Part shown: positions 20,650-30,762 of the stretch, one piece after another
Numbering within the stretch: the stretch's first letter is position 1
Layout: every line of letters begins with the position of its first letter
Assembly (NCBI GenBank): GCA_038845975.1
Contig: JAWBQF010000020.1
Span: 1-49,230 of the forward strand
Direction: 5' to 3'
Length of the DNA stretch: 49,230 nt
From: Candidatus Methanomethylicia archaeon
GTDB lineage: Archaea; Thermoproteota; Methanomethylicia; CALHIW01
Translations under genes and position numbers: made by a program
The notes under the pieces: generated by a model
Told to the model about the DNA's origin: nothing
Databases searched by the model: none
The model's input: the letters and a program-made list of their open reading frames with translations, nothing else

Positions 20650-21291
20650 TTAACGTATTGAAGATATGGCTTGATTTAAATAATCTATAAATTCATCTAC
20701 ACTACCTATACATCCAGATCCAAACCAGTAAAGTCTATCAACATATTTTAACGTAATATATTTAAGAATTTGCGATGCATTCCAGTTAACATATACTAGA
20801 ATTGTTTTTACATTAGGTTTTAACGTTTTAGCTAGTATAAAATTCATAAATACATTTTTAAGTCTTGGAGCATCAACTTCAACCTTTGCCTCAACTATAA
20901 TAGCCGGCTCTACGTATTTATTGTTTTTAGAACCTATTAATATGTCAAATCTCACAGTATAAGTATAGCTGTTAAGTTTCCATATTGCTACATCTTCATT
21001 CCAGTAAACATCCATACTTCTCGGTATTCTTACTCTCCTTCTGATTAGTTGATATATGTATTCTTCAAGACTGTAAGCTCTAAACTGTCCTATTGTCTGC
21101 AGTAATCTTCCTAAGCCCCTCATAATATCTTCCTTAAACTCATAAATTAAATCTAGAAAATCGTTAAAATCATCTATGCTTAATGTTTCAATCCATCGAC
21201 TATACGATTCTCTAAGTTTCCCACCTAGCTTATAATCGTATTTTGCTATTTGTTCTATGTAGTTTACTGTCTTCTTCCTTCTCAAATTCAA
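20650..21291 (-). CDS. Putative PD-(D/E)XK nuclease-fold protein
   Basis: It shows a LEEY...FDILIG...IVEAKV pattern. Confidence 0.6.
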   Translation of the reverse strand: MNLRRKKTVNYIEQIAKYDYKLGGKLRESYSRWIETLSIDDFNDFLDLIYEFKEDIMRGLGRLLQTIGQFRAYSLEEYIYQLIRRRVRIPRSMDVYWNEDVAIWKLNSYTYTVRFDILIGSKNNKYVEPAIIVEAKVEVDAPRLKNVFMNFILAKTLKPNVKTILVYVNWNASQILKYITLKYVDRLYWFGSGCIGSVDEFIDYLNQAISSIR

Positions 21292-21311
21292 AACCGATGG
21301 ATTCTATACTG

Positions 21312-22055
21312 CTAGTAGCTAGCTACCTTATTAACCGGTATCTCCACTATAGCTTCAAGAACTATTCTTGAAGCTATATCTACATATTTTTTAAGGTTTT
21401 CAGCTACCGGTATCTCCTTCCCGTTTTCCCTAGTTAAATTATTGCTTACAATTAGTAAAGCTCCTGTTTTAATTTTCCTTAATAATCCAATTATGAAGAT
21501 CGCTGCACATTCCATTTCAACTGATATCATCCCTCTTAAAGCCCATCTCCTAACGAATAATGGATCCTCCGCATAGAATGCATCACTACTAAATATTGGT
21601 CCAGCAGTAAATCTTGCATTGAATATTTTAGCTTTCTCTATTAGCTTACCTAGAACTATAGGGTTTGGTACAGCTGCCATGCAGCCATCCGGTATATACA
21701 TGCTTGTAGTATTACCGCCATATGGATATGATGCACCTGTAGGTATTACTATATCTCCTATTTCAAGATCATTAATGAGTGCTCCTGTTGTTCCAAGCCT
21801 AATAATTACCTCAACTCCAAGCATTTTCAACTCCTCAACTACAATAGCTGCTGATGGAGCTCCAACGCCATGTGTTGCTACGGTTACTCTTTCACCCTTA
21901 TAGTATCCTGTATATGTTATATATCCTCTATTACTGTTTACTAGATATGGGTTTTCAAGCATTCCAGCTAATTGCTCAATTCTTGCTGGATCACCTGCAA
22001 TAATAGCTCTTTTCGCTATGTCTTCAGGTTTAGCTATAATATGTACTGGCATCAC
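21312..22055 (-). CDS. Purine nucleoside phosphorylase (DeoD-type hexameric PNP/MTAP family)
   Basis: It has GDPARI, NRGY, HGVGAPS, RLGTTG, SSDAFY and VEME. Confidence 0.92.
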   Translation of the reverse strand: MMPVHIIAKPEDIAKRAIIAGDPARIEQLAGMLENPYLVNSNRGYITYTGYYKGERVTVATHGVGAPSAAIVVEELKMLGVEVIIRLGTTGALINDLEIGDIVIPTGASYPYGGNTTSMYIPDGCMAAVPNPIVLGKLIEKAKIFNARFTAGPIFSSDAFYAEDPLFVRRWALRGMISVEMECAAIFIIGLLRKIKTGALLIVSNNLTRENGKEIPVAENLKKYVDIASRIVLEAIVEIPVNKVASY

Positions 22056-22091
22056 ATATATGCGTAGTTCTACAACTTAAATTTTTCCAGC

Positions 22092-22973
22092 TTAGATATC
22101 TACAGATGATCTTCTTGGAATCCTGTATTCAAGCTCTTTAGGTATTGAGCAGCATGACATTAAGTATTCACTAGCTCTACTAGGTATTACTACTCTATCA
22201 ATAAGTCTGTTTTGTATGAGTTGTTTTTCAAGCTTTACACTATAGCTTCCTCTAGGTCTAGCGCATCCAAGTCCAATTTCAATATTTGGAAGCTTACTTT
22301 TAGCTTGCTGAAATACTTTAACCACATCTATGATGTTTGGACTTGAAGTATGCTCCATTTCTGTACCATGTATTGGTGAGAACACAACAAATATTAGAGT
22401 ATCTAAATCTATATCTTTTAAAAGATCAATAGCTTCGGTTTCCCAATATACTTTACCATAATCTGCTCCAATCATAATATGTGGTGCAATGTATGGTGGA
22501 CCGTAGTCTATAAGGTTTTTAATTGTTTCCTCCATAATTTTTAAATCAACACTTAAACCCATAATGTCTCTAAATACTCTAATACTATTAATAACATTTA
22601 AATCCACTATATCGACACCACAATTTCTCAATATTTCAGCATAATCTCTACTAGCAAAACCAACATGAATACTAATTATAAACTCTAAATCCTTCTTAAT
22701 ATCACGTATAGTCTGTATAAACGGTTTAATAGGTAATACTCCATCCCTACTAAACCCTCCACTAATTAGACAGCCAATAACTCCATTCTCTTTAAGCCTT
22801 CTGCATAAACTGTAAAGCTCATGAGGTGTATTAACTATTAACATGCCTTTAAGAAGCTTCCCCCCGCAATACTTACATTTTAAGCCACACCATTCCCCAG
22901 TTATAGATATTGCTGGAAATAGTGGGAGTGGCATGTAAGCTTTAACCACTAGCTCACCTATTATTACCTCCAC
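22092..22973 (-). CDS. lipS1: Radical SAM protein, LipS1-type archaeal lipoyl synthase component
   Basis: It has CGLKCKYC (CxxxCxxC), LISGG, and the C-terminal GCAR and CC motifs described for Thermococcus LipS1. Confidence 0.7.
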   Translation of the reverse strand: MEVIIGELVVKAYMPLPLFPAISITGEWCGLKCKYCGGKLLKGMLIVNTPHELYSLCRRLKENGVIGCLISGGFSRDGVLPIKPFIQTIRDIKKDLEFIISIHVGFASRDYAEILRNCGVDIVDLNVINSIRVFRDIMGLSVDLKIMEETIKNLIDYGPPYIAPHIMIGADYGKVYWETEAIDLLKDIDLDTLIFVVFSPIHGTEMEHTSSPNIIDVVKVFQQAKSKLPNIEIGLGCARPRGSYSVKLEKQLIQNRLIDRVVIPSRASEYLMSCCSIPKELEYRIPRRSSVDI

Positions 22974-23246
22974 GTTGTAAGGAATAGATATTATTTAAGC
23001 TTTAATAAATTATCTAGTTCTATAAGTCTTAGATATAGGATATATGTGATTATGGCTTAAGCTCATAGCAATTCATCTAGCTATGAATTTTAAATATGTG
23101 TTTGATTGTTTAAATTTGTAAGGTATTCATCCATATTAAAACCATAAGTCTCTACGTGGACTTATTTAATCTAATATTCTTTATTCCACCTAGCTTTATA
23201 CTGTAGTTTAAGCTGGGAAATCTAGTTTAAATTATAATGGAAGTAT

Positions 23247-23945
23247 CTATTGTTTTTTAAATTTCCCTATTACTATTAATCCTCCACCCATAATCTTCTC
23301 CTTAAATATTATTACTTTATAGAGTGTTTTAAGAAGCTTCTTTAACTGGTTGTTTTTAGGTAGTTTAAGATATGTTTCACTTAAAGCTATGTATTTCCTC
23401 CATTTCCTCCTAGCTATTATTATAGCTATTATTGGAACTATATATCTCCAGTAAATGTATAGTATGAAGCTTAAAATATGGTTTTCCGGTTTTCCCATTT
23501 CAATTATTAGTATGTATCCATTAGGTTTTAGTTTTTCAGTTAACATTTTAGTTGCTTTAACAATGTTTCTAGCATCTCTAAGAGAGAATGAGCATCCTAT
23601 AATGTTGAATATATCTCTTCTAAACGGCGGGTATTCAAATACACCTATAACATTATGCATGTTTCTACAGTTTTTTATTCTTCTTCTAGCTTCTATATGC
23701 ATTTCAATTAATGGGTCAAGAAGTACTGATTCTGAAATTCCTATTTTAAAAGCTATTAATGTCAGTATTCCTGGACCGCTACCTGCATCAAGCATTAGTT
23801 CTCCACCTCTTACAATCATTTTTAACCCTTCAACTCTATACTTAACATCTCTATTAAGCGATATTATTTTATTCATTAAATCATAGTATGGAATTACTTC
23901 CCTTAGGCTTTTGATAATGTTAATCCATGAATTGTTAGCGTTCAG
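23247..23945 (-). CDS. UbiE/MenG-family methyltransferase
   Basis: It has LDAGSGPG and SFSLRD. The frame stays open upstream of the annotated Met (WINIIKSLREVIPYYDLMN) to a CTG at 23945, which is preceded by AGGTGA. Confidence 0.8.
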   Translation of the reverse strand: MNANNSWINIIKSLREVIPYYDLMNKIISLNRDVKYRVEGLKMIVRGGELMLDAGSGPGILTLIAFKIGISESVLLDPLIEMHIEARRRIKNCRNMHNVIGVFEYPPFRRDIFNIIGCSFSLRDARNIVKATKMLTEKLKPNGYILIIEMGKPENHILSFILYIYWRYIVPIIAIIIARRKWRKYIALSETYLKLPKNNQLKKLLKTLYKVIIFKEKIMGGGLIVIGKFKKQ

Positions 23946-24015
23946 TATTGTTCACCTAGTGTTGTTTGACTTGAATTATGGGTTAAGTATTTAAATTGTT
24001 TTAGCTTGGTACTGT

Positions 24016-25215
24016 ATGGTTTCAGTAGCTGTTATTGGTTCTGGTCCTAGTGGCGCCTTGTTTTCACTATTAGCTGTAAAGCTAGGTTTTGACGTATTGG
24101 TTGTTGAACGTAAGGCTAAACCTAGCTCACATATTGTATGCGGAGAGTTTCTATTAACACCTAATGAAACTAGGAGGCTTTACATAGATAGCGGAATTAT
24201 ACGTGATAGTAAATATGTTGATGAATCCTATAAGTATATTGTAGGGGGGAATATTGTAGAGAATAAGATATCTCTTATAGAGATTTATCTAGATGGTGGA
24301 AAGCTACTTTTAGATATTAAGCTTGATGGTTACGTTATACGTAAGGATTTAATGATTCAGCAGATAGTTGATGAAGCTGAGAGGAATGGTGTAAAGCTGG
24401 TTAACTTTGCATTCTTTATGGATGCTAGATATAGAGATGGAATAATCGTATTTAAGGCTAGAAGGGGATGTAGTGAGTTAAGCTTTAATGCTGACTATCT
24501 TATTGGTGCTGACTCTATCCCGTCAAGAGTTGCTCAAGTATTCGGTATTGATAGTGGATATAGTGATAAAGATATTGCTTTATGTATTAATCAGAGGTTT
24601 TCAGGTCTTAAAATTGATGAAGATAAGGTTTATGTGTTTATATCGCCACGCTATGCTCCTGGAGGGTTTGGATGGATAATACCTAAGGGTAATGGTAGAG
24701 CCAATATAGGGCTTGGAATTAGAATGCATTTAGTTAAGAAAGGTTTAAGGATAATTGAATGTTTTAAAAAGTTTCTAAGTGATGTTGAACCTACCTTCCT
24801 TAAGGGAGCTAGACCTAGTGAGCTTTTCTACTTGAAAACTGTACCTGTAGGTGGAATTGTAAGCAATGTTGAAGGTAGGAATGTAATGCTTATAGGGGAT
24901 GCTGCTGGAACATGTGAACCTATTAATGGTGCTGGAATAGTTAATGCTATGGTTTCAGGATGTATTGCATGTAACTGTTTAAAATCGATTGTTAATGGTG
25001 GAGGATTAAGCTATAGTTTAGAGCTTTATAGAATACTTGGAAAGGTTGTTGGAAACGGCTTATTATATAGGAAGACAGGTGACCTATTAATGTATAATGA
25101 GAAACTTATAAGATTAGGAGCTTTATTTCTTGGGAGGGAAACGTTAGCAAAAGTATTAAAAGCTGAAAACACACCCCATCTATTGCTTGCTAGGATTTTA
25201 AGTATGTTTACCTAG
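24016..25215 (+). CDS. Geranylgeranyl reductase-family FAD oxidoreductase
   Basis: It has GSGPSG, CGE, IGADS, PGGFGWIIPK and IGDAAG..EPINGAGI. Confidence 0.88.
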   Translation: MVSVAVIGSGPSGALFSLLAVKLGFDVLVVERKAKPSSHIVCGEFLLTPNETRRLYIDSGIIRDSKYVDESYKYIVGGNIVENKISLIEIYLDGGKLLLDIKLDGYVIRKDLMIQQIVDEAERNGVKLVNFAFFMDARYRDGIIVFKARRGCSELSFNADYLIGADSIPSRVAQVFGIDSGYSDKDIALCINQRFSGLKIDEDKVYVFISPRYAPGGFGWIIPKGNGRANIGLGIRMHLVKKGLRIIECFKKFLSDVEPTFLKGARPSELFYLKTVPVGGIVSNVEGRNVMLIGDAAGTCEPINGAGIVNAMVSGCIACNCLKSIVNGGGLSYSLELYRILGKVVGNGLLYRKTGDLLMYNEKLIRLGALFLGRETLAKVLKAENTPHLLLARILSMFT

Positions 25216-26951
25216 ATTATGCGTAGGTATTTGAGCATTAATGTTAATCCACCTCTAACCCACTTCACCCTAGCTATCGGTACGCTTTTCAATTCCTCTC
25301 TTGGACATAGGATACTATACATCTCCCTTACATATTCTCTTAAACTCTCTAAACTACTGTTTTTAGCTATAAGTTCATCTATTCTTCTAGTAATGCTCTC
25401 TACGAAATCTATTCTCATTCTAATTGTTTCATAATGGTTTTTATCAATTATACCGTATTTAAATCTAATATCATTCATTGCTCTAGCAGCATTATATGTT
25501 GAATCTATAATTTGATTTCTACTCATCCATGCTGTTTCATAGTTTAAATAGTGTTTCCAGCTTGGTTTTTCAAGTGCTTCTCTATGTTCATTAAAGGTTT
25601 TAAACATGATTCTATACCCTACAGTATCCGGATTCTCAAATGCTATGCTTCCAGGATCAAGAAATGGTGCTAGTGGCGCTATGAATGTATGCAGTCTTCC
25701 ATCACTATGTTTTGATAATAGTCTATCGCAGTAATTAATAGTTTCAGTAACTGATTTAGGCGTTTGTTTTGGTAGTCCTATCATGAAGAATACATCAAAC
25801 TTTACACATCCATGGTTTAAGCTATTCTCAATCATTCTCTCAAGTTCCTCATTACTATAGAGTCTTCCCTGAGCTCCTCTTACATCTTCATCATGGCTTT
25901 CAGGAGATATTTCAATACTGAATTCACTACATGTCCGTTCAATCTCTACAATTTTCCCCATATCTATTGGTTTAAAAAGCTCAAATGTTATTGGATTATC
26001 TATACCCTCCCTTCTTATTAGCTTTAGTATTTTTAAGCCATGTTCATCACCATACTGCCAAATATCCCCGAGGAGGAATATTGGAGATTTAAAGTAGCTT
26101 TGAATAATTTTCATCTCATCTACAAGTACTTCAGGGCTTTTCAAAGCTATTTTCTCTCTACCATATATTTTACTAAAGCTATATGCTGATCCTCCACATG
26201 TAATACAGTTTTGACTACATCCCTTACATGTTATAAGAGCACAGTACGGATAACTAAGCCAGTCTCCATATGGTAAATAATCTTCAATATTTAAATGTCT
26301 AACAACATTTCTAACAGCATACTCATAGTTGATAGTATACTTATCGATTGATTCTGGAACATATGTTAATGGGTTTTCATGAATCTTTCCATTCTCTCCT
26401 CTCCACGTAATATTTGGAACATCTATTGGATGCTTATTATCCTCAATACACTCCATGAGTTTAAGTAGAGGATACTCTCCACTATCTCCTCTAACGATGT
26501 AATCTATCTCCAAGTAGTTTCTAATGATTTCTCTATGGAAATACGTTGATGAAAGCCCACCAATTATAACTGGTCTATTCGGCTTGTTTTTCTTCAATAT
26601 TTTTGCAACCTCAATTCCGCCATGAGAATGGACAAGCCAGTGAATATCTATACCATATGCCTTAGCCTCTATTTTTGAAAGATAATCTTCAGGATTGAAG
26701 CCTCTTCTTCTAAGCATTTTAACAGCTAGATTAACGATATGTACATGGAATCCATTATATTCAAGATATCCCATTAAACTAATAAATCCAAGAGGATACA
26801 TTTCAAAAATAGGAGTTGAGGGTATAACATCGCTAATAGGGCCGTAAAGTATGGTTTTCTCTCTGAAATCATATATACTTGGTGGATGAATAAGCACTAA
26901 GTCAGGTTTACCCAAGACGATCATCTCAGTAATAGCGCTAAACCTAAACAT
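25212..26951 (-). CDS. B12-binding domain / radical SAM protein (TIGR04190-like)
   Basis: It has DLVLIHPPSIYDFR...GPISDVIPSTPIFEMYP, HWLVHSHG, GCSQNCITC and PLAPFLDPGS. Confidence 0.88.
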   Translation of the reverse strand: MFRFSAITEMIVLGKPDLVLIHPPSIYDFREKTILYGPISDVIPSTPIFEMYPLGFISLMGYLEYNGFHVHIVNLAVKMLRRRGFNPEDYLSKIEAKAYGIDIHWLVHSHGGIEVAKILKKNKPNRPVIIGGLSSTYFHREIIRNYLEIDYIVRGDSGEYPLLKLMECIEDNKHPIDVPNITWRGENGKIHENPLTYVPESIDKYTINYEYAVRNVVRHLNIEDYLPYGDWLSYPYCALITCKGCSQNCITCGGSAYSFSKIYGREKIALKSPEVLVDEMKIIQSYFKSPIFLLGDIWQYGDEHGLKILKLIRREGIDNPITFELFKPIDMGKIVEIERTCSEFSIEISPESHDEDVRGAQGRLYSNEELERMIENSLNHGCVKFDVFFMIGLPKQTPKSVTETINYCDRLLSKHSDGRLHTFIAPLAPFLDPGSIAFENPDTVGYRIMFKTFNEHREALEKPSWKHYLNYETAWMSRNQIIDSTYNAARAMNDIRFKYGIIDKNHYETIRMRIDFVESITRRIDELIAKNSSLESLREYVREMYSILCPREELKSVPIARVKWVRGGLTLMLKYLRII

Positions 26952-27516
26952 TCAAATACTTTATAAAACTACCGCAGTTTAAACAGTTATTATTATGATC
27001 ATGGTGTATAGACAATGTTGAAAGCTTCCCTATTAAAAATGAATTCCATCAGCTTTAGATGTTAGATATGATGCTCTATATGTATTAGTATTTACAGAAT
27101 TCATAGCTTAACTGTATTCTACATAAACCCAATCATAACCTGTTCTAATTTGTATTGAGTACTTTGAAGTTATAGAGCTAAAATGATTTAAAGCATGGGT
27201 GAATAAACCATCTATGATTATGGAGAGATAGAATATATCCAAATAATTTAGGATATATATGTAATATTATGAATATGTAAGTATATTCATAATAAACTCA
27301 ACATTATACCAATACGTTGATTATGACTATAGGAATTTGTTAAACATAAATATTTAGCTGATTGTCTACATTTATACTAGTTTAAGCTAAGCGTTAAATA
27401 ACATTATACATACCTCTAAGTATTAAATCTACTTATTTACTTAATTATTAATAATTTAACAGATAAACTTAACCGCTCCAATATTTTCTAGTGAAACTGC
27501 ATAATGTAAGGTATTT

Positions 27517-28284
27517 ATGTTTCTAGCTGTATTTATATGTATGGTTAGTAGGAGAAGTTTCCTTACTGTATTGTTTACAGTTTTAGTATCGTTCCTATCA
27601 TCAATTCTATATGGTGCTATAGGTATTAGGTTTAGGAATTCTAGAGTTGAAAAACATGCAGAAACATTAAATCTGAATATTCTTAAGCTTCCTAAGCCTA
27701 AAACTATTGGAAAGGTTAGTGTTGAAGAGGCTATTGCTAAGAGGAGATCTATTAGGGAGTACAGGGGTGAACCCTTAACTATTGAAGAACTATCCCAAAT
27801 ACTTTGGGCTGCTCAGGGAGTTACTGATCCAATAAATATGTTTAGAGCTGCTCCAAGTGCTGGTGCTCTTTATCCTCTTGAAGTATACGTTGTTGTGAAG
27901 AGTAATGGAGTTATAGGTCTTAATCCAGGTATCTATAAGTATAATTCTCTAAATCATGAAATTACTAAGATCCGTGAAGGCGACTTCAGCTATGACTTGT
28001 TTAAAGCCTGTCTATCTCAGGAATGGGTTAAAAATGCTCAAGTAAATATTGTTATTACAGCTATATATGGTAGAACTACTTGGCGTTATGGTGATAGAGG
28101 TAGGGAGAGATATGTTCACATGGAGGTTGGACATGTAGGTGAAAACATATATTTACAATGTGTAGCTTTAGGTCTTGGAACTGTTGCTGTAGGTGCATTT
28201 ATTGATGATCAGGTTTGGAGTGTTCTCGGTAATCCTAAAGATGAAGCTCCACTATATGTAATGCCCATAGGTAGAGTGTTATGA
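27517..28284 (+). CDS. SagB/ThcOx-family nitroreductase with N-terminal Tat-like signal
   Basis: SRRSFL is followed by a hydrophobic stretch. The core has RRSIREY, QILWAAQG, APSAGALYPLE and EVGHVGENIYL. Confidence 0.9.
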   Translation: MFLAVFICMVSRRSFLTVLFTVLVSFLSSILYGAIGIRFRNSRVEKHAETLNLNILKLPKPKTIGKVSVEEAIAKRRSIREYRGEPLTIEELSQILWAAQGVTDPINMFRAAPSAGALYPLEVYVVVKSNGVIGLNPGIYKYNSLNHEITKIREGDFSYDLFKACLSQEWVKNAQVNIVITAIYGRTTWRYGDRGRERYVHMEVGHVGENIYLQCVALGLGTVAVGAFIDDQVWSVLGNPKDEAPLYVMPIGRVL

Positions 28285-28487
28285 TTGAGTTTTCCATTAT
28301 ACACTGTAAGTTAGCTGATGTAGCTGTTATTCATGGAGTATTAACATTACTAACAGGTCTTCTACTGGCAGCTATGAGGATAAGAAGAATAGGGAAGCAT
28401 ATCAGTAATGTAAGGACATTACATATAATACTAGGATTACTAACATCGTTTTACGCAGCTATTTTATACTTCTCCATGGTAAGTTAG
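28281..28487 (+). CDS. Small two-TM membrane protein with a His in each helix
   Basis: It overlaps the upstream gene by 4 bp and reads IHGVLTLL and LHIILGLL. Confidence 0.6.
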   Translation: MIEFSIIHCKLADVAVIHGVLTLLTGLLLAAMRIRRIGKHISNVRTLHIILGLLTSFYAAILYFSMVS

Positions 28488-28549
28488 ATATTAGACGTAG
28501 CTTATATTTAAATTAGTTAAACTTAGGCTTAATTACTTCATTAATAATT

Positions 28550-28838
28550 ATGCTTGATAATAGAAGAGCATATGTAACTATTCTACTTTTAGGCGTTGTT
28601 AATTTAATAGGTGATGTTGTCTATGAAGTTCAAGAGGGGTTATACTTGGCTATCTATATTTTCTTGGAGCTTCAGCATTTATTGTTGGATTTATTAGTGA
28701 TCTAGGTGATTTTTAGGTTTCTCAGTTAGGCTTATTAATGGTTTTCTTGCTGATACCACTAAAGCCTATTGGCTCTTTGTTTTCTAGGTTATGACTTAAT
28801 TATAGCTATTCATCTACTTGCATTTGCTAATTCATGGA
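28550..28838 (+). pseudogene. MFS transporter remnant (N-terminal part, frameshifted)
   Basis: Across frames it reads RAYVTILLLGVVNLIGDVVYE / SRGVILGYLYFLGASAFIVGFISDLGD / VRLINGFLADTTKAYW. It has several indels and is truncated. Confidence 0.8.
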
Positions 28839-28968
28839 ATGAAGGTTACTGATTTAATCGATGCTGAAAACTTCAAGTTTACATAGGTAAACCTAGACTT
28901 CAGTAACATGTACTTACATTATTGCTAACATAATGTTTTTATAGCTTCCTCTATTCTACACTAACATT

Positions 28969-29223
28969 ATGGTTGGAAATACAGCTTTATTTATGTTTAA
29001 AGATGACCGGGAAAATCTTAAAGAACATAAATCCATATATGTTCAAGATAGATTTCTGAGATTGATAGATAATTTAAATATAGCTGAATATGGTTCTGAA
29101 GGTATTGTATTTATATCTGAATACTATAAAGAATACTGTAAAAACCATGCTGTAAGTATGGAGTATTATCCACATATAAGTATATTACTAAGAGTTTATT
29201 CAGATTATTCTAGGGGTTTATAA
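28969..29223 (+). CDS. Hypothetical protein
   Basis: This 84-aa ORF ends 6 bp before the radical SAM gene and has no recognisable motif. Confidence 0.35.
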   Translation: MVGNTALFMFKDDRENLKEHKSIYVQDRFLRLIDNLNIAEYGSEGIVFISEYYKEYCKNHAVSMEYYPHISILLRVYSDYSRGL

Positions 29224-29229
29224 TTAGTT

Positions 29230-30351
29230 ATGGAGCTAGATCCATCATCTATTCTGGATTATATAAATCTCTTACTTAAATCCAGCTTTGAAATAGGTCC
29301 AATAAGGCCTCCTAATGAGGGAGGAGGGAACTCATTACTTATAAGGGTTACTAGGAACTGTCCCTGGAGTCAATGTACATTCTGTTATGGTACACCATAC
29401 GATAGGAAGAGATTTCAGCTAAGAAGCATATATGAGGTTAAAGTAGATATTGATACTGTAAAAATGATTACTGAGTGGTTATCTATGGCTTCATATGAAT
29501 TAGGATTTCAAGGCGAAATTACATCTAGATTCATACATGTTTTATTCTCATATTATCCAATACTTAAATACAACTATTCCCTAATATGTACTGCTAACTG
29601 GCTTCTATCAGGCTCTAAGACAGTTTTCATTCAGGATGCTGATAGCTTAATAATGCCTACAAGTGATTTAGTTGAGGTAATTAGATATTTAAGGAAGGTA
29701 TTTCCAAGTATTGTTAGAGTAACATCCTATGCTAGAATGAAAACTTTAAATATTAAGAGTATTGAGGATTTGAAGGAGATACGTAGATCTGGATTAAATA
29801 GACTTCATGTAGGGCTGGAAAGTGGAGATGATTTAGTACTGAGAAGTATACATAAGGGAGTTACTTCCTCTGAACATATTGAAGGTGGACGTAAGGCTAT
29901 TGAGGCTGGTTTTGAATTATCCTTATACGTTATGCCTGGTCTTGGAGGTAAATCTAGATATAAGGAACATGCATTAAATACTGCTAAAATTCTAAATGAA
30001 ATAAATCCACACTACATTAGGGTAAGAACGCTTGTTCCAAGACCTGGAACACCACTACATAATGACTATGTTAATGGGGTTTTTAAGCTTCTTTCACCAC
30101 ATGAATTATTGGAGGAAATTAAAATTCTTGTTGAAAATCTTAATGTTGAGAGTAGGTTATGCTTTGATCATTTCATAAATCCATCATATAAAGTTGATGG
30201 AGGTATTAAGCCATTGTTTAGACAGGATTATGAGGGATATAAGCTACCTGATGAAAAGAATGAAGTTTTAGATACTATAAGATATGGATTAACAATAAAT
30301 GAAGCTAAATTCATACATGTTAAAGAACTTATAAATCTTCCTTCAATATAA
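29230..30351 (+). CDS. Radical SAM protein of unknown function
   Basis: It has GPIRPPNE, RNCPWSQCTFC, QDADSL, HVGLESG and YVMPGLGG. Confidence 0.9.
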   Translation: MELDPSSILDYINLLLKSSFEIGPIRPPNEGGGNSLLIRVTRNCPWSQCTFCYGTPYDRKRFQLRSIYEVKVDIDTVKMITEWLSMASYELGFQGEITSRFIHVLFSYYPILKYNYSLICTANWLLSGSKTVFIQDADSLIMPTSDLVEVIRYLRKVFPSIVRVTSYARMKTLNIKSIEDLKEIRRSGLNRLHVGLESGDDLVLRSIHKGVTSSEHIEGGRKAIEAGFELSLYVMPGLGGKSRYKEHALNTAKILNEINPHYIRVRTLVPRPGTPLHNDYVNGVFKLLSPHELLEEIKILVENLNVESRLCFDHFINPSYKVDGGIKPLFRQDYEGYKLPDEKNEVLDTIRYGLTINEAKFIHVKELINLPSI

Positions 30352-30622
30352 TGAGTATTTCGAGAAATATATTTTCTAGATGATGGAATGTGAATCTTAT
30401 CTTCTCTACTAATTCCTCCTCTAATATTGTTCTCATAGCTAATTTAATGCTTTCTCCAACTATAATCTTGATGTTCTATGAAGTATATAAACATTAATAA
30501 ATTTATCTAAAATTGTTTTTAGGCTTTATGTATGAAAGACATGTTATTGATAGTTTAAGTTTACAATGTGCTGAAACTATTGTTGAACCTAATAGCTTAA
30601 GAAGGAAGCTACAATATGTTAA

Positions 30623-30712
30623 GTTGCCACGTCATTATCTTCTAACCCTAGTTCTTAGACACCCTTTAAAAGTCCAGCGAAAAGGTTGCCACGTCATTAT
30701 CTTCTAACCCTA
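30623..30712. repeat. Perfect 28-bp direct repeat pair separated by 34 bp
   Basis: GTTGCCACGTCATTATCTTCTAACCCTA occurs at 30623-30650 and 30685-30712. Confidence 0.9.
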
Positions 30713-30762
30713 AATATTTATATAGGTTAGGTATTTAATGCCTGGAGCTATGGTGGGTTTAC

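Noticed and set aside
30513-30707. 64-aa ORF spanning the direct repeat
   Set aside because: It has a TTG start and no motifs, and is better explained as a chance ORF over the repeat.
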